From NCBI GenBank assembly GCA_965140445.1, contig OZ223236.1, positions 2,720,001 to 2,784,000 on the forward strand: DNA of 64,000 nt, in the 5' to 3' direction. The position numbers and the translations under genes were made by a program. Source of the DNA: Candidatus Ozemobacteraceae bacterium (GTDB lineage: Bacteria; Muiribacteriota; Ozemobacteria; Ozemobacterales; Ozemobacteraceae). Below the pieces are notes generated by a model. That model ran no database searches, was not told the origin of the DNA, and saw only the letters and a program-made list of their open reading frames with translations. Position 1 is the stretch's first letter; each line of letters starts with the position of its first letter. Positions 31,701 to 38,609 of this stretch are shown here, in pieces.

Positions 31701-31791
31701 TTTTGAAGAGGGGATTCAACCAAAGTTCGTGATGTTTTTGGAAATGAACCCTCTGTTGGTCCTGATGGGGACGGAAGATTGTCTATTCTGA
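28735..31791 (+). CDS. Large surface lipoprotein with carboxypeptidase-regulatory-like, FN3-like and Ig-like domains (5' part of a frameshifted gene)
   Basis: Lipobox AIG-C; four ~100 aa repeats with W...DPDxD; Big_5-like 'PPKVLSIFP...VTFNEAVD'; the likely true frame continues into 31779..32609 via a missing A near 31722-31724. Confidence 0.75.
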   Translation: MQKTLHFFKIFFYFLAFAIFAIGCGSGDGGIDDWTTPAPVTVVSNIQGKVALPVSGSVRDNLQLMNSVQGTKVFLEEKPEFYATADSSGNFIINKVPVGKYHLIADIVVGPTTYRQRTDQVNLTGEFETQTIGTPMQLVSAPYKVKLYVKNNANGNPIPGASLKVWGHKYFTRADGAVEIGPMPDGVWPVKLEAIGYISSSLLIGFKELRKSELEIKVTPLGSADRNQAPTIEIEQGFKTIKANEQGSLSAFGFDPDGDLITYTWSATAGTFQQNSGASNVYQAPNASGSVKITLKGSDGKGGEGVSILTLDVIDGGLLPPNPNNKPPLAPSNPFPANSVASMGTDITLRWTCSDPDGDNLTYDVFLAARGQEMQLVASNISNNYYRVPQLTVNTTYFWKIIARDTYGAISNAAQTWQFETGDQDNFSPYAPANPVPPDLSVDQLPTLVFAWTGGDPDSQDIVNYTVYLGSDSNVLNIATNTRKTTYAAEGLTLGRTYYWKIVASDDRGKETSSPLWRFSTYSPPNSPPDNPSALYPASGATDVSIDVQVRWTSSDPDGDSITYDLFLGKTFPLAKVGTGLNAPTYNPSPYFENSTRYFWQVIARDSSGRTNQDSVVWSFITSDKVNLAPNVPSAINPPDNSANINLQTVFQWEGSDPDGDQVLFDIYLDTVSPPTTLKASNLSEKRWANPVNLTEGARYFWKVVAKDSAGHETSSPVFSFYALASSDLLPPKVLSIFPENNAMELPTNTEVKVTFNEAVDQNTASAALSFIPSESGTWTWENSTTVKFWPTTTWIPGSYHRLIIASNTVRDLSNNVMTNGMDYSFTIKPELPLPNGYRSAGFPYAFTSGQSPSVSIPGIPLGQELTAVAVATENSLNLTIKANSLLDIKKLDPASAFREFEKNLNSKKLPDIMKNSALRAQILPNFSKQLGDEREFYIPAYGGVATSTAYPKNKITAVCLGLTDNVYIFVDKAITNPDYTFLSEVRKRFEEGIQPKFVMFLEMNPLLVLMGTEDCLF
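29707..30906 (+). repeat. Four tandem ~100-codon FN3-like repeats
   Basis: Units start near 29707, 30010, 30310 and 30613; each follows the pattern NxxPxxP...W...DPDxD...Y.W.(I/V).A.D. Confidence 0.7.
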
Positions 31792-32609
31792 TTACCGACG
31801 CAATGGCAAGTGGAATTGCTGGTATCTTTTATGGGGTTGACCTCTTTGCAAATGATCCAACAGATTTCCAACTGCGAGAGAGCAATGAAACAAAAGTTTT
31901 TTATCTGACCTACACTTTACCAAGTGACATAACCAGATATGGGACTATGGCCCACGAGTTTCAGCACATGGTGAATTTTTGGCAGAAAAGAACAAATGCT
32001 GGTAGCGGAGTGAGTGAAGAAACGTGGCTTAATGAAGGATTGTCCAAGTTTTCAGAAGAAGTTTGTGGTTATGGAATTCTTAATGGAGATCAGAATACTT
32101 CTCTCTTGATTAAGCTTTCTCAGGAAAACTTTTCAAACATGTCGCTTACTGAATGGACCGGGTTAAATAGTTATGGATTATCGTATTTATTCGTTAAGTT
32201 TTTGTCCCAGGAAAACAGGTATGGAACCTCTTATCGGGAAGTTACAAGAAGTCTGGTGAGGTCTGGTTTAACTGGTGTGGCAAATGTTGAGTCAGTAACA
32301 GGAGAAGCTTTTGGCAATACTTTGTCAAGATGGGCTATCAGCTTGTATTTAAATAATTATCAGGGAACCTCACCTGATGATTTTGGTTTTTCAGGATTGG
32401 ATATGAAAGGAACCTATAACTCTGTGACTTTACCGGGTTTCCCTTCTCAGGTAATAAGTTCTGGCGGAACTTTGACCTTATCTCCTCCTTTGAAAAAGCA
32501 CGGAGTAGCAATCATAAGAAGTGCATCGGACGGTAGTAATCCTGTAAAAATGAATTTTTCTGGTCTAACGGGTAACGGAAAAATCTGGTTTCTTGATAAA
32601 AGACCATAA
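31779..32609 (+). CDS. Zinc metallopeptidase domain (M30/hyicolysin-like); 3' part of the frameshifted lipoprotein
   Basis: TMAHEFQHMV plus WLNEGLS; no own SD or signal peptide; the frame is open upstream and reads VRDVFGNEP..GPDGDGRL. Confidence 0.75.
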   Translation: MSILITDAMASGIAGIFYGVDLFANDPTDFQLRESNETKVFYLTYTLPSDITRYGTMAHEFQHMVNFWQKRTNAGSGVSEETWLNEGLSKFSEEVCGYGILNGDQNTSLLIKLSQENFSNMSLTEWTGLNSYGLSYLFVKFLSQENRYGTSYREVTRSLVRSGLTGVANVESVTGEAFGNTLSRWAISLYLNNYQGTSPDDFGFSGLDMKGTYNSVTLPGFPSQVISSGGTLTLSPPLKKHGVAIIRSASDGSNPVKMNFSGLTGNGKIWFLDKRP

Positions 32610-32632
32610 CTCCAATTTGTAAATTTAGTTAA

Positions 32633-32665
32633 AAAAAAGCACCAGCAAATCGCTGGTGCTTTTTT
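32633..32665. terminator. Bidirectional terminator
   Basis: A-tract GCACCAGC-AAATC-GCTGGTGC T-tract. Confidence 0.85.
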
Positions 32666-32675
32666 GTTTAAGGCT

Positions 32676-32819
32676 TCAGATAAATATTAAAAATCCTGTA
32701 ATTAAAAGGAACATCCAGGTAGAGATTAAAAAAACAAGATTCCAGTCGAATTCCTTTTCAACTTTTTCAACTATTCCAAAAATATTTTCATTTTCCACTA
32801 TTGAATTTTTATTTTCCAT
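32676..32819 (-). CDS. Small single-TM protein (47 aa)
   Basis: MENKNSIVENENIFGIVEKVEKEFDWNLVFLISTWMFLLITGFLIFI; ATG overlaps the upstream TAA (TAATG); ends just before the terminator. Confidence 0.55.
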   Translation of the reverse strand: MENKNSIVENENIFGIVEKVEKEFDWNLVFLISTWMFLLITGFLIFI

Positions 32820-34393
32820 TATTGAAATGTGGCTCCTTCCTCAAGTCTTGAGTTGCCAAAAGTCTGCATTTCGGAACGCAAAATTTGATTTTGTCTTTTT
32901 ACGAGCTCTGGATTATCAGGAAACTCTCTTGCTACATAAGCAATAAGGGTATTTGCCTGAGTAATATTTCTTTGTTTTATGAGTTCATCAATAAGCTTAA
33001 GGTTCAGCTCAACAGTCTTTGGAAGGATCTGCAGGTCTCTTTTACTTGTTCCATCTGGTGCGGTCAATTCCAGACCACATTTTGGACAAAAGAAATCCCT
33101 ATCACGACAAACATGGTGGCAATCAGTGCAAACAAAATCTGATTTACTAACAATAACAAGTGCTTTTTGTATAACATGATCCCCACATATAAAGCCCTGG
33201 CTTTCTTCTTGAATAATCAAATTGTCTTCAAGAAAATCGCTCCTGAAAGATTTTATGGCTTTGTGTACTTTTGGATCAAAGAGATTTCCTACTGTTTTGA
33301 CCTTGCTGATTGCATTGTTCTTTTCGAGAATCTCAATTCCTTCTTTGGCCTTATTGAAAAGATCTTTATTTTCCGGGCTTTGCTTTAATCGGTTGACTGT
33401 TGATGAGAGTATGTCAAAAAGAAACACACATTCTTCTGGCCGGAATAATGTTGTTTCTGATTTTTGATCAACATCTCTTCCTCTCATCATTCTTCTTAGT
33501 GCAGCTTCAAGATCAACAATTCTTTGGTTCAGCTCAATTTTTTCCCGGCGTAATTTATCCATTTCTTCTGGACTAGCGGCCATCATAAGTTCATTTCTTT
33601 TGTTTTCTGATTCTTTTAAGCTATTTTCAAGATATGAAATTTTGGCTTCTGCTGCAGCCATATTGTTGTGATAAACTTCTACTGAAGGCGCCTTTGACAG
33701 AGCGTCCTTGAGATTGTCGATCTGTGCTCTAAGTTCTTGTACTTCATTTTCATTTGCTTGAATCTCTGATAATTGTTTTTGTAGAGATTCGATTTCTGAC
33801 TTATCAAGCTTTATTGCTTCCATCAAAGTATCTTTGGCTTTTGAAAGCTCAATTTCTTTGTTTTGCAAAGCCTGTCTAAGGCTGTTAACTTGATCTTGAC
33901 TAGATGTTAGCTTGTTTTCAAGAGCTTGAATTTCAGCACTAAGCTCATTTACTTTTTCATTATCAATTTCTACTCTAGCTTCTGGCACTGGCTGTGATAG
34001 AAGTTTTTGGCGCTCTTGTTGGAGATCACCTATTTCAGAAGAAAGACTATCCAGCTCATCATCTTTCTCATTTAAAAGCCTTTCGTATTCACTAACTTTA
34101 CCCTGAAAATCCTGGGACTTATTCATTTCAAGGAACAGAGATTCTTCTAATCTGGCGTTAGTTTGCTGTAATGATTTAAGTTCGGCTTCAAGCTTTGCAT
34201 ATTCGTTTGTAGACTTTGGATCGCTGAATGTCGCACTTTCAAGCTGAACTATAGACGTTCTTAAAGTAAATGAGATGCTTTGAATCTGTTTTTGAATCTC
34301 ATCTTTATTAACTTTTGCATTCATGGAGGGAATTTGCCCTTTTAGATAAACGAGCAAATTTCTTACAATCTCTTCAAATGATAAATTCTTCAC
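32819..34393 (-). CDS. Long coiled-coil protein with GrpE-like head domain and zinc ribbon
   Basis: ~300 aa of E/K/Q/L-rich heptads; 'VGNLFDPKVHKAI...IIQEESQGF..GDHVIQKALVIVS'; CTDC..CPKC; GTG start with GAGG SD. Confidence 0.7.
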   Translation of the reverse strand: MKNLSFEEIVRNLLVYLKGQIPSMNAKVNKDEIQKQIQSISFTLRTSIVQLESATFSDPKSTNEYAKLEAELKSLQQTNARLEESLFLEMNKSQDFQGKVSEYERLLNEKDDELDSLSSEIGDLQQERQKLLSQPVPEARVEIDNEKVNELSAEIQALENKLTSSQDQVNSLRQALQNKEIELSKAKDTLMEAIKLDKSEIESLQKQLSEIQANENEVQELRAQIDNLKDALSKAPSVEVYHNNMAAAEAKISYLENSLKESENKRNELMMAASPEEMDKLRREKIELNQRIVDLEAALRRMMRGRDVDQKSETTLFRPEECVFLFDILSSTVNRLKQSPENKDLFNKAKEGIEILEKNNAISKVKTVGNLFDPKVHKAIKSFRSDFLEDNLIIQEESQGFICGDHVIQKALVIVSKSDFVCTDCHHVCRDRDFFCPKCGLELTAPDGTSKRDLQILPKTVELNLKLIDELIKQRNITQANTLIAYVAREFPDNPELVKRQNQILRSEMQTFGNSRLEEGATFQ

Positions 34394-34466
34394 TTAAACC
34401 CTCTACTATACGGAAGTTGTTTGCCTGAAAAGGTTACTCTATCTGAGAAGACAATTCAAGCCTGAA

Positions 34467-34850
34467 TCAATTATCGGCTTTTTTAACCTTAAAAAGAAGT
34501 AAAGCAATAAAATATGAGATTAAACATGTTGCAGCAACAATAAGCAAATCATTGGTTATATCTACTTTTGACAAATCGAGGTAAAGAGATTTTTTTATTC
34601 CTGAAAAAATAAAAGTTGATGGAATAAAATGAGAAAATGACTTTATCAGTTCGCTTGAATGTCTGAGATTTGGAACCAGTTGAAAAAACATGAAAACAGT
34701 AGTTCCCATAGCGTTGACAGAGGCTTGTGTTTTCGCAAACATTGAGATAATCAAACCGGTAAAAATACACATAAATGATCCAAGAACAACAAAAAGCCAA
34801 AAATAAGGCATTGAGCCCTGCCATCTATGATTTAAAACTATAATGGCCAA
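34467..34850 (-). CDS. ABC-2 type permease, C-terminal part (frameshift-split)
   Basis: Hydrophobic, 'GLIISMFAKTQ', 'FIPST'; continuous with 34856..35548 if one A is restored at 34887-34889. Confidence 0.7.
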   Translation of the reverse strand: MAIIVLNHRWQGSMPYFWLFVVLGSFMCIFTGLIISMFAKTQASVNAMGTTVFMFFQLVPNLRHSSELIKSFSHFIPSTFIFSGIKKSLYLDLSKVDITNDLLIVAATCLISYFIALLLFKVKKADN

Positions 34851-34855
34851 AACGG

Positions 34856-35548
34856 TTAAAATTGAAATGGTAAAGGAAAAAAGTGATTTCCGAGAATTAA
34901 TTCTGTCGGTTTTATTCCTGTCAGGTATAGAGCGTTTAAAGTTCCTTTTTCTCTTTCTTCAACAAAAGTTAATGGAAGGGCGAGAAAGCCTAGCATTCCA
35001 AGGGCCATTAAAATCAGCATTGGAAACATCGAATCGCTGAAAGAAACTTCGCTTCCATTGTTTCCTGAAACCCTCTCAATTGAAACCTTTATTGGAAGGG
35101 GTGGGGGCAAAATCCCGAGCTGAGAGCGAATTTCAGATTCAAAAGCTTCTTTTAAGCTTTTAGCTGAGAATTCTGGGTACTTTGAGGGATACAAAATAGT
35201 TATCCCCTTAAAATCACTATTTCTTGAGCCAGAAGCAATTATATCCGGCAAAATAATTCCAAATCCGATGTCGCCCTCAAGGATTTTTGATTCAAGCTCT
35301 TTTTTTGTCTGGAAAAATTTAATTTTTTCCCCAAAACCTTTTTGAGCTATTGTTTTTATTAGAGGTTGCTGAGGGCTGCTTATAAGTCCTAAAGTTGGTA
35401 ATAGGGTTTTGCTCTTTGAACTGTTTAAAAGATTAGAAAATAAAAGCGAGAGAATTATTGGCGTAAGAATCATTAAAACAATGTGATAATTTTTACTTCC
35501 ATCGATAAGATCTTTTTTGAAAATTGCGAGAATAGGCTTTAGTCTCAT
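34856..35548 (-). CDS. ABC-2 type permease, N-terminal part (frameshift-split)
   Basis: 'AIFKKDL', 'EEREKGTL..L..T....ELILG' ABC-2 signature; adjacent to the ATPase gene. Confidence 0.75.
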   Translation of the reverse strand: MRLKPILAIFKKDLIDGSKNYHIVLMILTPIILSLLFSNLLNSSKSKTLLPTLGLISSPQQPLIKTIAQKGFGEKIKFFQTKKELESKILEGDIGFGIILPDIIASGSRNSDFKGITILYPSKYPEFSAKSLKEAFESEIRSQLGILPPPLPIKVSIERVSGNNGSEVSFSDSMFPMLILMALGMLGFLALPLTFVEEREKGTLNALYLTGIKPTELILGNHFFPLPFQF

Positions 35549-36429
35549 TATTGAATTTCCCCATCCTCTTTCCAGGCTGCACCGGTCAAGTTTATGAAAA
35601 CTTCCTCTAATGTTGCTTCCTGAGAATGAATTTTTAAAATTCTTTTCTCTTTCATGAGTTGAGAAAGTTTGGACGCAGTAGTTTCTTCATTCATTGGAAG
35701 TTCAAGTGTTTCAGTCTTACTGGAATTATCAACACTGCACTCAATTAAAATGCTGTTTTTGCCATAACTTTTTTTAAGGTTTTCAGGAGTGTCCAGAGCG
35801 ATAATCTCACCTTTGTGCATAATGCAAATCCGGTCACAAAGACTGTTGGCTTCTTCCATGTAGTGAGTGGTAATTAAAACGGTCGTACCTTCATCGCGAA
35901 GTTTTTTTACAAGCTCTCTTATCAGGTGAGCAGATTGGGGGTCAAGAGCTGAAGTTGGCTCATCAAGAAAAAAAAGTTTAGGTTTATGGAGTATTCCCCT
36001 GGCTATGAGGGTTCGTTGCCTAAGTCCTCTTGAAAGAGCTTTGCAGGGTTTGCTCTGGTGGTCTTTTAAAACAACAAGTTCTAAAACTTCGTCTATTCTA
36101 CTCAGCGGAAGATCTTGAAGTTGGCAGAATAGCTCAAGATTTTGTCTGACTGTCAGCCTGTCATAAAGGTTTTGATAATCAGGGACTACACCAATGGTTT
36201 GTTTGATTTCCTGTCTGTCAGCTGGCATTTTCTTTGAAAAAATCTGTATGTCTCCACAATCTGGGCTTATTTCTCCGATCATCATGCGTATAGATGTTGT
36301 TTTTCCAGCACCGTTTGGACCGAGAAAACCGAAAATTTCCCCAGAGTTAATTTCAAAAGAAAGTCCCTTGACTACTTCTATTTTTCCATAAGTTTTTCTT
36401 AAATTTGAAACATTTAAAGCTATTGCCAT
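35548..36429 (-). CDS. ABC transporter ATP-binding protein (DrrA-like)
   Basis: GPNGAGKTT, LSRGLRQR, LDEPT, TTHYMEEA. Confidence 0.92.
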   Translation of the reverse strand: MAIALNVSNLRKTYGKIEVVKGLSFEINSGEIFGFLGPNGAGKTTSIRMMIGEISPDCGDIQIFSKKMPADRQEIKQTIGVVPDYQNLYDRLTVRQNLELFCQLQDLPLSRIDEVLELVVLKDHQSKPCKALSRGLRQRTLIARGILHKPKLFFLDEPTSALDPQSAHLIRELVKKLRDEGTTVLITTHYMEEANSLCDRICIMHKGEIIALDTPENLKKSYGKNSILIECSVDNSSKTETLELPMNEETTASKLSQLMKEKRILKIHSQEATLEEVFINLTGAAWKEDGEIQ

Positions 36430-36527
36430 GTAAACAGACTAACCAATTTATGAGAGGCTTTCAAGCAATATGTTCAAGATTGACAGTTGAGGTTGGTTGT
36501 GGTTGAATAAACGAAGGAAGAGAGGCT

Positions 36528-38609
36528 ATGACAAAAATTAAAGAAAAAGCTAAGACATTCGTTTTTACAAGCTTTCAAGGCGGCATAGGTAAAAGTTTTG
36601 CTGCAAATAGCTTTGCTAAATCCCTGCAGAAAAAAACTGGCAACCCTGTTGCAATTATAGAATTGAATATGCTTGTTCCATCCTCTATTTGTGAAGCTTT
36701 AGGCGACAAAGTTAAAATTGAGCACAGTCTGCTTGATTATTATATGGGCAACTGGGCTGCATTAAAGCCTGAAGATCTTGACACCTTCTTTTACAACAAA
36801 GAAGGGATTTTTTATATTCCTTTTTGTGGAAACCGAGAAAAAGAGACTTTACAAACCAAATTTAGTTTGAACGAAAGTGAGCTTTCTTCTGCTGTTTCCT
36901 GGCTGATAAAAGTCTTTTGCGAAAAGGGCGGAAACCTGGTGTTTGACATTCCTATGCGCTTGTCACCTCTACCACTGTTTCTTTTACATATTTGTGATGT
37001 TATTTACTATATGTATACTTCGCAGCCACCTTCACCATCATTTGCCCACAAATTCGAAGATGAATTGAAAAGCAGGAAAAAACTTTTAAACAAAGTTGTT
37101 TGGCTAAGGAATCATGTTGATCCAGACCATGGAACAGAAGAAAGCAGCCTCTTTGATCAGGAATTTGCCATCCCATTAGGGGTTGAATTTACTGGTCCAA
37201 ATGGCTCTGATGAATTAAAAAAGGTTTTTGACGACATTGTTTTAGGCGCAATTGAAATGCCAGCAGCTGGCTGCTCTGAAGAAGAAATTGAAGATCATTA
37301 TCAAAGTGCACCTCAAGAGATAATTGACTATCAAAAAGAGCTTAGAACAGAAGTATTAAGTGAGTTAGATAAGAATTTTGGAATATCTGACCATGAATTA
37401 AGAAAAAATGTTGAAGTTAAAATTGATGAAGCATTTAAAAGAAATCCGCCTGATGATGTTCCAGGGCACAATTCCAAAGCGGAAATAAAAAAATATCTTC
37501 TTGATGAAATTCTGGGATTGGGTCCCTTAGAAGAATTTATGAGGGATGATGAAATAGATGAAATCATGGTCAATGGACCTGATAAAGTGTTTATCGAAAA
37601 AGATGGAAAACTAATTTTAACAGAAAAAAAATTCAATAATGCAGATCACGTAAGAACTGTTATAGAAAGAATTTTGATGCCAGTAGGGCGATCTGTTAAT
37701 GAAAGAACACCATACGTTGATGCCAGACTGTTGGATGGGTCGCGTGTGCATGCTATTATTCCTCCACTTTCTTTAACTGGCCCAATGATAACCATAAGGA
37801 GATTCTCAAAAACTCCTTATTCTATGGATGATCTGGTCTACAGGTTTAAGACTATTTCTCCACAGTTGGCTGAGTTTTTAAAACTTTGTGTTCACTTTAA
37901 AAAGAACATTATTGTTTCTGGGGGAGCCAGTTCAGGTAAAACTACTCTTTTGAATGTGCTTTCAAACTACATATTGCCCACAGAAAGAGTAATCTGTATC
38001 GAGGATTCAGCAGAGTTAAGACTTAATCAGGTTAACCTCGGAAGGCTTGAAGCAAGGCAAAGAGGAACTGAGGCCAAAACCCAGGTTTCAATTCGCGATC
38101 TGCTTAAAAATGCATTAAGAATGAGACCGGACAGAATTATAGTTGGGGAATGTCGTGGTGCTGAAGCTCTTGATATGCTTCAAGCTATGAATACCGGTCA
38201 TGATGGTTCTTTAACTACTCTACATGCAAATAGCCCAAGAGATGCATTGGCAAGATTAGAAACTATGGTTTTGATGGCTGGGGTTGATCTGCCTTTAAGG
38301 GCTATTCGTGAGCAGATTGCAAGTTCTGTCAATATTGTTGTTCAAAATAGTCGCCTTGCAGATGGAAATAGAAAATTGCTGGAAGTGGTCGAAGTTGTCG
38401 GGATCGAAAACACCGTTATTCAGGCTCAGACCATTTTTAAATTTGAAAAGAAATGGATTGGCTCAGATGGAAAAGTCGTTGGGGAAATCGTTCCGACTGG
38501 CTATGTTCCTGAATTCATGAAGGCTATTCCAGGAAGCTTCCTGGAAAAGCATGCTCATTTATTTAAGTTACCAAAAAAGAAAGATAAGCATGAGGAGGAA
38601 GTTTTATGA
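36528..38609 (+). CDS. tadA: TadZ/CpaE(ParA-like)-TadA/CpaF ATPase fusion
   Basis: N-terminal deviant P-loop SFQGGIGKS; C-terminal LGPLE, EIMVNG, GGASSGKTT, IEDSAEL, ALRMRPDRIIVGE, MNTGHDG, HANS. Confidence 0.88.
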   Translation: MTKIKEKAKTFVFTSFQGGIGKSFAANSFAKSLQKKTGNPVAIIELNMLVPSSICEALGDKVKIEHSLLDYYMGNWAALKPEDLDTFFYNKEGIFYIPFCGNREKETLQTKFSLNESELSSAVSWLIKVFCEKGGNLVFDIPMRLSPLPLFLLHICDVIYYMYTSQPPSPSFAHKFEDELKSRKKLLNKVVWLRNHVDPDHGTEESSLFDQEFAIPLGVEFTGPNGSDELKKVFDDIVLGAIEMPAAGCSEEEIEDHYQSAPQEIIDYQKELRTEVLSELDKNFGISDHELRKNVEVKIDEAFKRNPPDDVPGHNSKAEIKKYLLDEILGLGPLEEFMRDDEIDEIMVNGPDKVFIEKDGKLILTEKKFNNADHVRTVIERILMPVGRSVNERTPYVDARLLDGSRVHAIIPPLSLTGPMITIRRFSKTPYSMDDLVYRFKTISPQLAEFLKLCVHFKKNIIVSGGASSGKTTLLNVLSNYILPTERVICIEDSAELRLNQVNLGRLEARQRGTEAKTQVSIRDLLKNALRMRPDRIIVGECRGAEALDMLQAMNTGHDGSLTTLHANSPRDALARLETMVLMAGVDLPLRAIREQIASSVNIVVQNSRLADGNRKLLEVVEVVGIENTVIQAQTIFKFEKKWIGSDGKVVGEIVPTGYVPEFMKAIPGSFLEKHAHLFKLPKKKDKHEEEVL

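Noticed and set aside
32656..32946. 96-aa plus-strand ORF
   Set aside because: It starts inside a terminator and is antisense to better-supported minus-strand ORFs
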